52,458 bases of DNA from an uncultured Prevotella sp. (GTDB lineage: Bacteria; Bacteroidota; Bacteroidia; Bacteroidales; Bacteroidaceae): NCBI GenBank assembly GCA_905234355.1, contig CAJOHP010000001.1, forward strand, positions 1-52,458. The letters are read 5' to 3'. The position numbers were made by a program, and so were the translations under genes. The notes under the pieces are model-generated. The model ran no database searches and was not told where the DNA came from. It saw only the letters and a list, made by a program, of their open reading frames with translations. Shown in pieces: positions 42,103 through 52,315 of this stretch; the stretch's first letter is position 1, and each line of letters opens with the position of its first letter.

Positions 42103-43542
42103 TTAGAACTCGGCTGATTTCGGCGTGCGCGGGAAGGGGATGACGTCGCGGATGTTCTGCATGCCGGTGACGAAGAGTATGAGCCGCTCGAATCCCAGTC
42201 CGAAGCCAGCGTGGGGACAAGAGCCCCAGCGGCGGGTGTCGATGTACCACCAGAGGTGGGTCATGTCCATGTCTCGGCGCTTGATTTCGGCCATGAGCTT
42301 GTCGTAGCTCTCCTCACGCACGGAGCCGCCGATGATTTCGCCTATCTGTGGGAACAGCACGTCGGTGCCCTGCATGGTGGGGCCGGGAGCGACGGCACCT
42401 TTATAGCCTACGCTGCCGCCGTCGGTGGTGTCCTGATTCTGCTTCATGTAGAACGACTTGAAGGCACGGGGATAGTCGGTCATGATGACGGGCTTCTTGA
42501 AGTGTTCCTCGACGAGGTAGCGCTCGTGCTCCGAGGCGAGGTCGTCGCCCCACTGGCAGGGGAACTCAAACTTCTTGCCGTTCTTGATGGCCTCCTGCAG
42601 GATGCGGATGCCCTCGGTGTAGGGCAGGCGCACGAAGGTTTCCTTGAGCACGCCTTCGAGGCGCTGGATGAGCGTCTTGTCGATCATCTGGTTGAGGAAG
42701 GCGAGGTCGTCCTGACAGTGGTCGAGCGCCCAGCGCACGCAGTACTTGATGAAGTCCTCTTCGAGGTCCATCAGTTCCTCCTGGTCGAGGAATGCCACCT
42801 CGGGTTCCACCATCCAGAACTCGGCCAGGTGTCGCGGCGTGTTAGAGTTCTCGGCACGGAACGTGGGGCCGAAGGTGTAGATGGCGCCCAATGCTGTGGC
42901 ACCGAGCTCGCCCTCGAGCTGTCCGCTGACGGTCAGCGAGGTCTGCTCGCCGAAGAAGTCGTCGTCGTAGATGATTTTTCCCTCGGCGTCCTTCTTCAGG
43001 TCGTAGAGATTCTTCGTGGTGACTTGAAACATGTTGCCGGCTCCCTCGCAGTCGCTGGCGGTGATGAGCGGGGTATGGAAATAGTAGAAGCCGTGCTCGT
43101 GGAAGTAGGTGTGTATGGCCATGGCCATGTTGTGGCGTATGCGCATGACGGCACCGAAGGTGTTGGTGCGCAGACGCATGTGCGCATTCTTTCGCATCAT
43201 CTCAAACGACTGGCCCTTTTTCTGCATGGGGTAGGTATTGTCGCAGAGGCCGTAGACCTCGATTTGCGAGGCCTGGATTTCGCTGCTCTGTCCGGCACCC
43301 TGGCTCTCGACCAGCGTACCCACGGCGCAGATACAGGCTCCGGTGGTGATCTGCTTCAGCAGTTCCTCATCAAACTTGGTGGGGTCGGCCACCACCTGAA
43401 CGGTCTTAATGGTCGATCCGTCGTTCAACGCAATGAAGTCGACATTCTTGTTGCCACGGTGGGAGCGCACCCAGCCCTTGACGCAGACTTCCTTGCCGTA
43501 TTCCGTGCTTTTCAGCACGTCGATTATCTTTGTTCTTTTCAT
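42103..43542 (-). CDS. asnS: Asparagine--tRNA ligase
   Basis: [64 protein letters not shown]. Confidence 0.97.
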   Translation of the reverse strand: MKRTKIIDVLKSTEYGKEVCVKGWVRSHRGNKNVDFIALNDGSTIKTVQVVADPTKFDEELLKQITTGACICAVGTLVESQGAGQSSEIQASQIEVYGLCDNTYPMQKKGQSFEMMRKNAHMRLRTNTFGAVMRIRHNMAMAIHTYFHEHGFYYFHTPLITASDCEGAGNMFQVTTKNLYDLKKDAEGKIIYDDDFFGEQTSLTVSGQLEGELGATALGAIYTFGPTFRAENSNTPRHLAEFWMVEPEVAFLDQEELMDLEEDFIKYCVRWALDHCQDDLAFLNQMIDKTLIQRLEGVLKETFVRLPYTEGIRILQEAIKNGKKFEFPCQWGDDLASEHERYLVEEHFKKPVIMTDYPRAFKSFYMKQNQDTTDGGSVGYKGAVAPGPTMQGTDVLFPQIGEIIGGSVREESYDKLMAEIKRRDMDMTHLWWYIDTRRWGSCPHAGFGLGFERLILFVTGMQNIRDVIPFPRTPKSAEF

Positions 43543-43630
43543 TGTTTCTTTTGTCTTGTTGTTGTGGTGCTGCGCAGGTAGCGCAGTTTACGTGGCGCTA
43601 TGCGGTGACGCTGTCGTTGCGCCGGTGAGG

Positions 43631-45043
43631 CTATTCGTAAGCACCCATGCGCAGGCGGTCTACCTCTTCCTCGGTGAGGTATCGCCAGTCGCCGCGCTTG
43701 AGGTTCTTCTTTGTGAGTCCGGCAAACTGCACACGGTCGAGCTTAGTGACCTTGTAGCCTAGGCTCTCGAAGATGCGTCGGACGATGCGGTTCTTGCCCG
43801 AGTGTATCTCGATGCCCACCTGCTTCTTGTCTATGGGGTCGGCATACTGCACGTCGTCGGCCTTTATCTCGCCGTCGTCGAGTATGACGCCCTCGGCAAT
43901 GCGCTGCAGGTCGTGGGCGGTGACGTTGTGGTCGAGATAGACGTGGTATATCTTTTTCTTCAGATATTTCGGGTGTGTGAGCTTAGATGCCATGTCGCCG
44001 TCGTTGGTGAGCAGCAGCACGCCGGTGGTGTTGCGGTCCAGGCGTCCTACGGGGTAGATACGCTCCGGGCAGGCGTTTTTGACCAGGTCCATGACGGTCT
44101 TGCGCTGCTGTGGGTCGTCGCTGGTGGTAACGTAGTCCTTGGGTTTGTTGAGCAGCACATAGACCTTCTTCTCCAGTGTGACGGGGTCGTCGTGGAAGCG
44201 TATGTCGTCGTTGCGCAGCACCTTCGTTCCGAGCTCGGTGACCACCTGTCCGTTGACGGTGACGACACCGGCCTGTATGAACTCGTCGGCCTCCCTTCGG
44301 CTGCACACGCCTGCATTGGCGAGGAACTTGTTGAGTCGCACGGGCTCGTTGGGGTCGTAGTTCTGCTCCTTATACTCGATGCGCTTCTTCATGCTATACT
44401 TTGCATTGGGGTCGTAGTCGGCCGTATGCTTGCGGTATCCTCCGGGGCGCTGCTGCTGTCCGTAGGGTCGCTGCTGCTGTCCGTAGGGACGCTGCTGCTG
44501 TCCGTAGGGTCGCTGCTGATATCCTCCCTGCCGTGGCTGATATCCTCCGGGTCGCTGCTGATATCCTCCCTGTCTTGGCTGATATCCTCCGGGACGCTGC
44601 TGATATCCTCCCTGTCTTGGCTGATAGCCGCCGTCCTGCTGTCCGTACTGCTGTCGTGGCTGGTATCCCTGCTGCTCGCCGCCGTCCTGACTGTAGCGGG
44701 GGCGGTAGCCTCCCTGTCGTGGCTGGTAGCCTCCCTGTCGTGGCTGATAGCCGCCGCCGGCGTTGTTATAGTTGTTGCGTGGGCGATAGCCTCCCTGTCG
44801 CTGCGGTGCCTGGCTCTGCAGCCCTGTGCCGAAGCCTTCGGGACGGAAGCCGCCCTCGTCGTCGTTGTTTCTGTTGTAGCTGGGGCGGTCGTAGCCGCCG
44901 GCAGCACGCTGGCCGGTGTGTATGCGCGGACGTGGCGAGCGTCCTGCGGGTCTGTACTCTTTCTGGTAGCCCTCACGGCCACCGTCTTGCTGTTGCTCCT
45001 GCGAAGTCTGTTCTTCGTTCTTTTTCTCGTTCTCAAATTCCAT
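43631..45043 (-). CDS. RluB/RsuA-family pseudouridine synthase with a long low-complexity N-terminus
   Basis: S4 domain RLNKFLA..GVCSRREAD, LLNKPK, YPVGRLDRNTTG.LLLTNDG, GKNR.VRR. Confidence 0.93.
   Translation of the reverse strand: MEFENEKKNEEQTSQEQQQDGGREGYQKEYRPAGRSPRPRIHTGQRAAGGYDRPSYNRNNDDEGGFRPEGFGTGLQSQAPQRQGGYRPRNNYNNAGGGYQPRQGGYQPRQGGYRPRYSQDGGEQQGYQPRQQYGQQDGGYQPRQGGYQQRPGGYQPRQGGYQQRPGGYQPRQGGYQQRPYGQQQRPYGQQQRPYGQQQRPGGYRKHTADYDPNAKYSMKKRIEYKEQNYDPNEPVRLNKFLANAGVCSRREADEFIQAGVVTVNGQVVTELGTKVLRNDDIRFHDDPVTLEKKVYVLLNKPKDYVTTSDDPQQRKTVMDLVKNACPERIYPVGRLDRNTTGVLLLTNDGDMASKLTHPKYLKKKIYHVYLDHNVTAHDLQRIAEGVILDDGEIKADDVQYADPIDKKQVGIEIHSGKNRIVRRIFESLGYKVTKLDRVQFAGLTKKNLKRGDWRYLTEEEVDRLRMGAYE
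44430..44800 (-). repeat. Intragenic 21-bp (heptapeptide) tandem repeats GGYQPRQ / GGYQQRP / YGQQQRP
   Basis: Visible directly in both the DNA and the translation. Confidence 0.9.
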
Positions 45044-45130
45044 GATGGTATCCTTTCTTGATGATGTTTGTTGATTGTGCCTTCACGGCATGTTTTTTGC
45101 GATTTTTCTAAAGTGACTGCTGTGTCAGGT

Positions 45131-46510
45131 CTAAAGTCCTACGTAGTTCCAGGGTGTGATGGCCATGAGTTCTTGCTTGACCTCTTCGCTCACGTCGAGT
45201 GTAGAGATGAATTGGTGAATGGTCTGCTCGGTCATCTTCTCGTTGGTGCGTGTGAGTGCCTTGAGTGCCTCGTAGGGGTTGGGGTAAGCCTCGCGTCTGA
45301 GTATGGTCTGTATGGCTTCAGCCACGACGGCCCATGTCTGCTCAAGGTCGCTGTGTATCTTCTCCTCGTTGAGTATGAGCTTTCGCAGTCCTTTGAGGGT
45401 GCTCTGGAAGGCGATGATGCTGTGTCCCATGGGCACGCCCACGTTGCGCAGCACGGTAGAGTCGGTGAGGTCGCGCTGCAGTCGGCTCACTGGCAGTTTC
45501 TGTGCCAGGAAGGCCAGGATGGCATTGGCCAAGCCCAGGTTGCCCTCGGAGTTTTCGTAGTCGATGGGGTTCACCTTGTGTGGCATGGCGCTCGACCCCA
45601 CCTCTCCGGCCTTGATCTTCTGCTTGAAGTAGTCCATGGAGATATACATCCAGAAGTCGCGGTCGAGGTCGATGACGATGGTGTTGATGCGCCGCATGGC
45701 ATCGAAGACGGCAGCGAGCCAGTCGTAGTTGGATATCTGTGTGGTGTACTGCTCTCGCTCGAGTCCGAGCTTGTCGCTGACAAACTGGTTGGCAAACTCT
45801 CTCCAGTCGTACTGTGGGAATGCCACGTGGTGAGCGTTCATGTTGCCTGTGGCTCCGCCAAACTTGGCGGTCAGCGGTGTGTCCTTCAGTGCGCGCAGTT
45901 GCTCTTCGAGTCGGTAGACGTAGACCATCACCTCCTTGCCCAGTCTGGTGGGCGAGGCCGGCTGTCCGTGTGTCTTGGCGAGCATGGGCACGTGCTTCCA
46001 CTCCTCGGCATAGTCGTGGAGCTGCTCTATGAGCTCTTCGAGCAGTGGGTAGTAGACCTGCTCGAGTGCTTCTTTCACCGAAAGAGGAACGCTGGTGTTG
46101 TTGATATCCTGCGAGGTGAGCCCGAAGTGTATGAATTCTTTGTATGTGGAGAGGTCGTGCTGCAGGCCGTTTGTCGTGCTGGCAGCAGCGGTCAGGTTGT
46201 CGAATTGTTCCTTGATGAAGTATTCCACTGCCTTGACGTCGTGGTTGGTCACTCGCTCGATGTCCTTTACACGTTGTGCGTCGGCAGTTGTGAAGTTGCG
46301 GTAGATGTCGCGCAGCGGTTCGAAGAGCTGGTGGTCGAATGTGGCCAGCTGCGGCAATGGCAGTTCGCACAATGCTATGAAATACTCTATTTCTACTCTT
46401 ACTCTGTAGCGCACCAGTGCATACTCAGAAAAATATTCTCCCAGTGCGTCTGTCTTATCCCTGTAGCGGCCGTCAATAGGCGAGACGGCCGTAAGCTTGC
46501 TCAGTTCCAT
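45131..46510 (-). CDS. purB: Adenylosuccinate lyase
   Basis: SPIDGRY, TNHDVKAVEYF, HFGLTSQDINN, THGQPASPT, GSSAMPHKVNPIDYENSEGN; TACCTTTG box at 46551-46558. Confidence 0.97.
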   Translation of the reverse strand: MELSKLTAVSPIDGRYRDKTDALGEYFSEYALVRYRVRVEIEYFIALCELPLPQLATFDHQLFEPLRDIYRNFTTADAQRVKDIERVTNHDVKAVEYFIKEQFDNLTAAASTTNGLQHDLSTYKEFIHFGLTSQDINNTSVPLSVKEALEQVYYPLLEELIEQLHDYAEEWKHVPMLAKTHGQPASPTRLGKEVMVYVYRLEEQLRALKDTPLTAKFGGATGNMNAHHVAFPQYDWREFANQFVSDKLGLEREQYTTQISNYDWLAAVFDAMRRINTIVIDLDRDFWMYISMDYFKQKIKAGEVGSSAMPHKVNPIDYENSEGNLGLANAILAFLAQKLPVSRLQRDLTDSTVLRNVGVPMGHSIIAFQSTLKGLRKLILNEEKIHSDLEQTWAVVAEAIQTILRREAYPNPYEALKALTRTNEKMTEQTIHQFISTLDVSEEVKQELMAITPWNYVGL

Positions 46511-46684
46511 TTTTTTTCTAAAGTGCCAGTCGTTTATTCGTTTGCGTGCGCAAAGGTACTAAATTTCCTTGAACTGCCCCATGAAAAGGGCAAAGTTTTT
46601 TTGTTGTCCTGCTGTTTTTTTTGATATTTAACAACTGCGGGGAAATAGGCGACACTCGGTGCCCGCGGTCATTTCTTTCTTTTG

Positions 46685-48145
46685 TCAGTTTTCTCGCCAG
46701 AAGGCACGTGTGAAGAGCACGAGCACGGTCAGGATTTCCAGTCGGCCTACGAGCATGAGGAATGAGCAGAGCCACTTCATGCTGTCGGAGAGGTCGGCCC
46801 ACGACATCACGGGGCCTATGTTGGTGTCGAGTCCAGCTCCCACGCTGCTGATGAGGCTCAGTGCGATGGTGAAGGAGTTGGTGATGTCGAGGTCGCCAGC
46901 CACGACCATGACGGCTGCTGTGATGAAGAGCATGACGACATAGAGTGTGAAGAATGCCAGCAGCGACACCAGGTTCTGCTGGGGCACACTCTGCTCGCCC
47001 AGTTTCACGGGCAGCACGGCATTGGGGTGGAGTATGCGCCTGAACTCATTGCGCAGCACCTTGATGATCATGGCCACGCGCACGCACTTGAACCCTCCTG
47101 TGGTGCTGCCGGCGCAGGCTCCCATGAACATGAGCACGCCGAGGATGACCCACGTCAGGTGGGGCCAGTAGCCTGCGTTGGCGTTGGACAGTCCGGTGGT
47201 GGTGATGAACGACACCACCTGGAACAGTGCCGAGCGGAAGGCTGGCTCGTAGTTGTAGTGCATGCGTGTGATGAGCAGATACATGATCCACAGCGTGGCC
47301 ACGGCAATGGCGGTGACATAGAGCCGGAACTCGGCGTTGCGCAGCACGGCGCCCAGCCGTCCCTTGAACATCAGTAAATATAATAAGGTGAAGTTGATGC
47401 CGGCCAGAAACTGGAACAGTATGCTCAGATACTCTATGGCGCTTGAGCTGAAGAAGAGGGTACTGCCGTTGTGTGTCGAGAATCCTCCCGTGGCCGTGGT
47501 CGACATGGCGTAGTTGACCGAGTCGAACCACTCCATGCCTGCTGCCCAGAAGCTCAGTGCACAAGCCACGGTGAGCATCATGTAGATGCTCCATATCCAC
47601 TTGGCCGAGGTAGACAGCCTTGGATGCATCTTTGAGCGCATGGGGCCTGTGGCCTCGGCGGCAAACACCTTGACGTTGCCCCCCACAAACGAAGGCAGCA
47701 CGGCTATGGTGAAGAAGACGATGCCCAGTCCGCCTATCCACTGCATGAGCGAGCGCCAGAAGAGCATGCTGTGCGGCAGTCGCTCCACGTCGTCGATGAT
47801 GGTGGCCCCGGTGGTGGTAAATCCCGACATGGTCTCGAAGTAGGCGTCGGTCACGCTGGTGATGCTGCCGTGGATGAGGAAGGGGAACATGCCGAAGAAT
47901 GAGAAGACTATCCATACGAGCGTGACCACGACGTAGGCGTCGCGCCGGCTCAGGGTGTTTTCGGCGTTGCGTCCCACCATGAGAAAGGTGAATGCACAGC
48001 CGTAGGTGAGCAGTGCCGACACGAGGAATGCCATCACGTCGTCCTCGTCGAAAGCCCATGCCATGGCCACGCAGCAGCCCATGAGGAATGCCTCGATGAA
48101 GAGCAGCGCCCCGATGATTTTTGATATGATGTGCCAGTTGATCAT
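46685..48145 (-). CDS. trkH: Trk potassium uptake membrane subunit
   Basis: FETMSGFTTTGAT, WIGGLG, TGGFS, TTTG, GACAGSTTGGFK, GRLE. Confidence 0.95.
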   Translation of the reverse strand: MINWHIISKIIGALLFIEAFLMGCCVAMAWAFDEDDVMAFLVSALLTYGCAFTFLMVGRNAENTLSRRDAYVVVTLVWIVFSFFGMFPFLIHGSITSVTDAYFETMSGFTTTGATIIDDVERLPHSMLFWRSLMQWIGGLGIVFFTIAVLPSFVGGNVKVFAAEATGPMRSKMHPRLSTSAKWIWSIYMMLTVACALSFWAAGMEWFDSVNYAMSTTATGGFSTHNGSTLFFSSSAIEYLSILFQFLAGINFTLLYLLMFKGRLGAVLRNAEFRLYVTAIAVATLWIMYLLITRMHYNYEPAFRSALFQVVSFITTTGLSNANAGYWPHLTWVILGVLMFMGACAGSTTGGFKCVRVAMIIKVLRNEFRRILHPNAVLPVKLGEQSVPQQNLVSLLAFFTLYVVMLFITAAVMVVAGDLDITNSFTIALSLISSVGAGLDTNIGPVMSWADLSDSMKWLCSFLMLVGRLEILTVLVLFTRAFWREN

Positions 48146-48149
48146 TGTC

Positions 48150-49508
48150 TCACCACAGTCCCGTCTTCTTGAAATACTTCTCCATCTTGCCCAGCTGGTG
48201 CTCGTGGCAGAAGACCATGACGGAGTCGCCTGCCTCTATCTGCGTGTTGCCGTTGACGAGCATGCCTTCGCCCCTTCTCACCAGTCCGCCGATGGCCACT
48301 CCGCTGGGCAGTCCGAGGGCCTTCACCGGTTTGCGTGTCACCTTGGAGTCGGGCGCGGCCACAAACTCGGCCACGTCGCTGTCGACCATCATCAGCGACC
48401 GCATGTTGCGCACGTCGGCCTTGAGCATCATCTGGAAGATGTGGCTGGCCGCCACTGTCTTCTTGTTGATGATGGTGCCGATGTCCAGGCTCTCGGCCAT
48501 CGACACGTAGTCCAGGTTCTCCACCATGGCTACGGTCTTGCGCACGCCCAGCTTCTTTGCTGTGAGACAGGCCAGTATGTTGGTCTCGGCATTGCCGGTG
48601 AGTGCCACGAAGGCCTGTGTGTTCTTGATGCCCTCCTCCTGCAGCAGGGCCAGGTCGCGTCCGTCGCCGTGTATGACCATGGCGTCGCTCTGCGTGAGCA
48701 GCTGGTTGAGCCGTTCGCAGCGGTCGGCGTCGGCCTCGATGATTTTCACGTTCATATATTCGGGCATGGTGAGTGCTGCCCTCACGGCGGTCTTGCCGCC
48801 GCCCATGAAGATGACGTTGTGCACGTCTTCGTAGTGCTCTTTGCCCACTATCTTCCGTATGTAGGGTATGTATTCGCGTGTGGTCATGAAGTAGACCAGG
48901 TCGTGCAGCTCGAGCTGGTCCAAGCCGCTGGGTATGATGGTGTCCTCGCCGCGCTTGACGGCCACGACGAGATAGGGGTCGTCGGGTCCGCAGAGCTCGC
49001 GCAGGGGCTTGTTCAGTATCTCGGCCGTCTCGCGCAGCTTTACACCGAGCAGCACGAGTGCTCCCTCGTGCACGTCCCACCGCTGTCTCACCCAGGAGAG
49101 CTTCAGGCCGTTGATGATGTCGGCCGCGGCCAGCACCTCGGGGTAGACGAGCGAGTCTACGCCCAGGTTGCGGAAGAAGGGCTGGTTGTGCTCGTCCAGG
49201 TATTCGTAGTTGTCTATGCGTGCCACCGTCTTCTTCGCGCCTAGGGCATGGGCCAGCATGCAGGCCGTGATGTTGCGGCTCTCCTGGCGGGTCACGCCCA
49301 CGAAGAGGTCGGCATCGCCCACGCCCGCCTCTTTCAGTGTGCGTATGCTCGTGGGCGAGTCGTTCACGGCCAGGATGTCGTATTTCGAGTCCATCCCGTT
49401 CAGACGGTCGCTGTCGTCGTCGATGAGCACGCAGTCATGGTTTTCGCGCGACAGCAGCTTCGACAGGTGGGTGCCTACGGCGCCGGCGCCGGCTATTACT
49501 ATCTTCAT
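48150..49508 (-). CDS. trkA: Trk potassium uptake NAD-binding subunit
   Basis: True start ATG 49508 (MKIVIAGAGAVG); second RCK MGGGKT; IHGDG.D; ETNILACL.AK..GV.KT. Confidence 0.95.
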   Translation of the reverse strand: MKIVIAGAGAVGTHLSKLLSRENHDCVLIDDDSDRLNGMDSKYDILAVNDSPTSIRTLKEAGVGDADLFVGVTRQESRNITACMLAHALGAKKTVARIDNYEYLDEHNQPFFRNLGVDSLVYPEVLAAADIINGLKLSWVRQRWDVHEGALVLLGVKLRETAEILNKPLRELCGPDDPYLVVAVKRGEDTIIPSGLDQLELHDLVYFMTTREYIPYIRKIVGKEHYEDVHNVIFMGGGKTAVRAALTMPEYMNVKIIEADADRCERLNQLLTQSDAMVIHGDGRDLALLQEEGIKNTQAFVALTGNAETNILACLTAKKLGVRKTVAMVENLDYVSMAESLDIGTIINKKTVAASHIFQMMLKADVRNMRSLMMVDSDVAEFVAAPDSKVTRKPVKALGLPSGVAIGGLVRRGEGMLVNGNTQIEAGDSVMVFCHEHQLGKMEKYFKKTGLW

Positions 49509-49524
49509 TGCTAAAGAATATTCA

Positions 49525-49678
49525 AGGTGGGTTCTATTAATTCCCACGGTTTGTGTTGACATAGATGGGATATTAATAGAACCCACCTCAAGTTTTGCAT
49601 TCGCTCTGACTTTGACGGGCAGAGGAGTAGGGGAGTAGGGCTGGAGGCCCGGTCTCCTGCTTAGTCGATGCAAAAATA
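49525..49678 (-). promoter_or_regulatory. trkA promoter box and structured 5' leader
   Basis: TATTTTTG on the minus strand at 49671-49678; 17-bp perfect inverted repeat at 49525-49541 / 49572-49588. Confidence 0.55.
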
Positions 49679-49904
49679 CAACAATTCTGCTAATCCCACA
49701 AATTTTTGTACTTTTTTTGCTCTGCTGCCGGCAAAATGCGGCTTGCACTGGCGACGGTCCGGGCGTGTGCGCCCTTTCGTCGTCCCGACTCGCTCTGTCG
49801 TAGAAAATAAAGTTAAAAAAACATCCAGTTGCATGTCTATATGGATGATTTTTACTATTTTTGCACTCTTAAATCCATACATTTATGTAAAAAGAATCGA
49901 AGCT

Positions 49905-50405
49905 ATGACATTTTCTGAGCTTGTAACCCATCGCTACAGTTGCCGGGACTATCAGCCCCGTGCTGTGGAGAAAGAGAAACTGGACTATGTCCTGGAGTGT
50001 GTGCGTCTGGCCCCGTCGGCCGTCAACAGGCAGCCATGGCGTTTCCGCCTTGTCACGAGCGAGGCCGACAAGGCCAAGGTGCAGCAGTGCTATCACCGTG
50101 ACTGGATAAGGACGGCGCCGATGTATGTCGTTGCCTCCGTGCTGCACGACGAGGAGTGGGTGCGCCGCGACGGCAAGCACCATGGCGACATCGACGTGGC
50201 CATTGCCGTGGAGCACCTGTGCCTGGCCGCCACCGAACAGGGGCTGGCCACCTGCTGGGTGTGCAACTTCGACGCTGCGCTGCTCCGGCAGCTCTTCGAC
50301 TTGCCTGCCGGCGAGGAACCCACCGTCGTCATACCCCTGGGCTATGCCGCCGACGAGATGACCGAGAAGAAGCGCAAGGATGCGGCCGACATCGTCGTAG
50401 GCTGA
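49905..50405 (+). CDS. Nitroreductase-family flavoprotein
   Basis: ATG 49905; RYSCRDY, LAPSAVNRQPWRF, LAAT..GLATCWV, IPLGY; TATTTTTG box at 49856-49863. Confidence 0.92.
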   Translation: MTFSELVTHRYSCRDYQPRAVEKEKLDYVLECVRLAPSAVNRQPWRFRLVTSEADKAKVQQCYHRDWIRTAPMYVVASVLHDEEWVRRDGKHHGDIDVAIAVEHLCLAATEQGLATCWVCNFDAALLRQLFDLPAGEEPTVVIPLGYAADEMTEKKRKDAADIVVG

Positions 50406-50468
50406 GGACTACGGCTGTGTTACGAAGGATTTCATCGCGTGCAAAAAAACAATAATAACTTAATTTCT

Positions 50469-52280
50469 ATGAAAAAAATTACACTGATGATGCTTGCCCT
50501 GCTCGCCGTCCTGACCGGCTTTGCACAGGGCAGCGACGAGAAGGAAGTGGTGCTGACCTGGCAGGCCAGCCAGATGGAGTGGACCAACAGTCAGACGGTG
50601 TCTGTCTTCAGCCTGGCCCCCGACCTGCAGGCCACGGCCGACAAGGCCGCAGGCAGCAACGCCCCCGCCTACTACGACAGCGGCACGGCCCTGCGTCTCT
50701 ATGCAGGCAACACCCTCACCATCGCCGGCAAGGCCATCACCCGCATAGAGGTGGTGATGACCGGCAACGAGAAGCAGCAGCGTCTCGAGGGCGACGGCTA
50801 TGCCGACGGCGTGTGGACCGGACAGAGCGACCAGGTGACCCTCACGGTGCCTGCCGGCAGTGGCAACCAGGCCCGCATACAGAAGCTTGTGGTGAGCTAC
50901 ACCTCGGCCTATGAGCCGGCCGACGTCGCCCGCGAGGTGCCCACCGAGCCCGTAGCGCTGCCCGAGGGCGCCGTGACACTGCCCTACACTCTCGAGGCAT
51001 ACGGCGAGGAGAGCACCGACGACGGACAGCAGGACTACAACGTGAAGCGCTCCGTGCAGGTCGTCTTCTACGGCAACGACGTCTACATACAGGGACTCTC
51101 CTACTTCTTCCCCGAGGCATGGGTCAAGGGGACTGTCAGCGGCACAAAAGCCGTCTTCAAGAGTCCGCAGCTCTATGGCACCGACGACGAGGGCTCCGTC
51201 TACTTCTGGGGCTACGACTGGGCCTCCGACCAGCAGCTCGACGTGGTCTTCGACTACGACCCAGACAAGCGCACCCTCACCACCTATACCAATATCCTGG
51301 AGAATGGCGACGCCCTTGAGCGCTATTGCTTCGACTACTTCTACTACACGCGCCTCTATCCCGGCGAGCCTGCCAGCACCGAGACGGTAGAGCTGCCCGA
51401 GGGCGTGCAGCCCGTGGAGTATCACTTCGCAGGCTATGAGAGCTACTACGAGCGCGACGAGGCATTCCCCGTGAACGTGGCCTTCGACGGCGCCGACGTC
51501 TACATCCAGGGACTCAGTCCCTCGGTGCCCGAGGCATGGGCCAAGGGCGTGCTGGCCGACGACGGCAACATCACCTTCAGCGCAGCCCAGTATCTCGGAG
51601 CCTACGAGACGCCGACGGGCCCGCTCGACATCTTCTTCAGCGGAGCCACCTTCAGCTACGATGCCCAGACAGGCATCATCTCCTGCCCCGACGGCTACAC
51701 CACCGAGACCGACCAGATCGTATGGGACGAGTTCGCCCACTGTGTGCTCACTCCCGTCAGCACCGCGGCCGCCACGCCCGTAGCCCCTGCCATCAGCAGT
51801 CTCGACTACGATGAGTCCTTTGGCTACTACATCCATCTCGACATCCCGCTCGAGAGCACCGACGGCCGCTACCTGCAGTCCGACGGCATCGCCTATCAGC
51901 TCTTCTACGACCTGGGCGACGGCCAGGCCCGCCCCTACGTGCTCAGTAGCAGCGACTACGAAAACCTGCAGGCCGACATGAGCCTCGTGCCCTACAACTT
52001 CGACGACGACTGGGACGTCTATCGCGGCGGCGTCACGCTCTATCTCTACGGCGACGTGCCCAGCTGGCAGCGCATCGGTGTGCAGAGCGTCTACACCGCT
52101 GCAGGCGAGACCCATGCCAGCGCCATCGTCTGGGTCGACATGACCGCGCTCGGCATCGCCCCGACAGCCGCAACACAGACACCCGGCACACAGCGCTACG
52201 ACCTGCAGGGACGACGCATCACAGGCAAGCCTGCCAAGGGACTCTACATCCAGAACGGACGGAAATACAGCGTGCGCTGA
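50469..52280 (+). CDS. Secreted acidic protein with internal domain repeat and T9SS-type C-terminal signal
   Basis: Signal peptide MKKITLMMLALL; duplicated DVYIQGLS...PEAW.KG unit; tail YDLQGRR...KGLYIQNGRK. Confidence 0.8.
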   Translation: MKKITLMMLALLAVLTGFAQGSDEKEVVLTWQASQMEWTNSQTVSVFSLAPDLQATADKAAGSNAPAYYDSGTALRLYAGNTLTIAGKAITRIEVVMTGNEKQQRLEGDGYADGVWTGQSDQVTLTVPAGSGNQARIQKLVVSYTSAYEPADVAREVPTEPVALPEGAVTLPYTLEAYGEESTDDGQQDYNVKRSVQVVFYGNDVYIQGLSYFFPEAWVKGTVSGTKAVFKSPQLYGTDDEGSVYFWGYDWASDQQLDVVFDYDPDKRTLTTYTNILENGDALERYCFDYFYYTRLYPGEPASTETVELPEGVQPVEYHFAGYESYYERDEAFPVNVAFDGADVYIQGLSPSVPEAWAKGVLADDGNITFSAAQYLGAYETPTGPLDIFFSGATFSYDAQTGIISCPDGYTTETDQIVWDEFAHCVLTPVSTAAATPVAPAISSLDYDESFGYYIHLDIPLESTDGRYLQSDGIAYQLFYDLGDGQARPYVLSSSDYENLQADMSLVPYNFDDDWDVYRGGVTLYLYGDVPSWQRIGVQSVYTAAGETHASAIVWVDMTALGIAPTAATQTPGTQRYDLQGRRITGKPAKGLYIQNGRKYSVR

Positions 52281-52315
52281 GGCGCCCCTTTCACCTAATA
52301 TAGCATATTGACACA

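Noticed and set aside
49509-49904. N-terminal extensions of TrkA (from 49748) and nitroreductase (from 49668)
   Set aside because: They run through the divergent promoter region; the family-typical starts are at 49508 and 49905.
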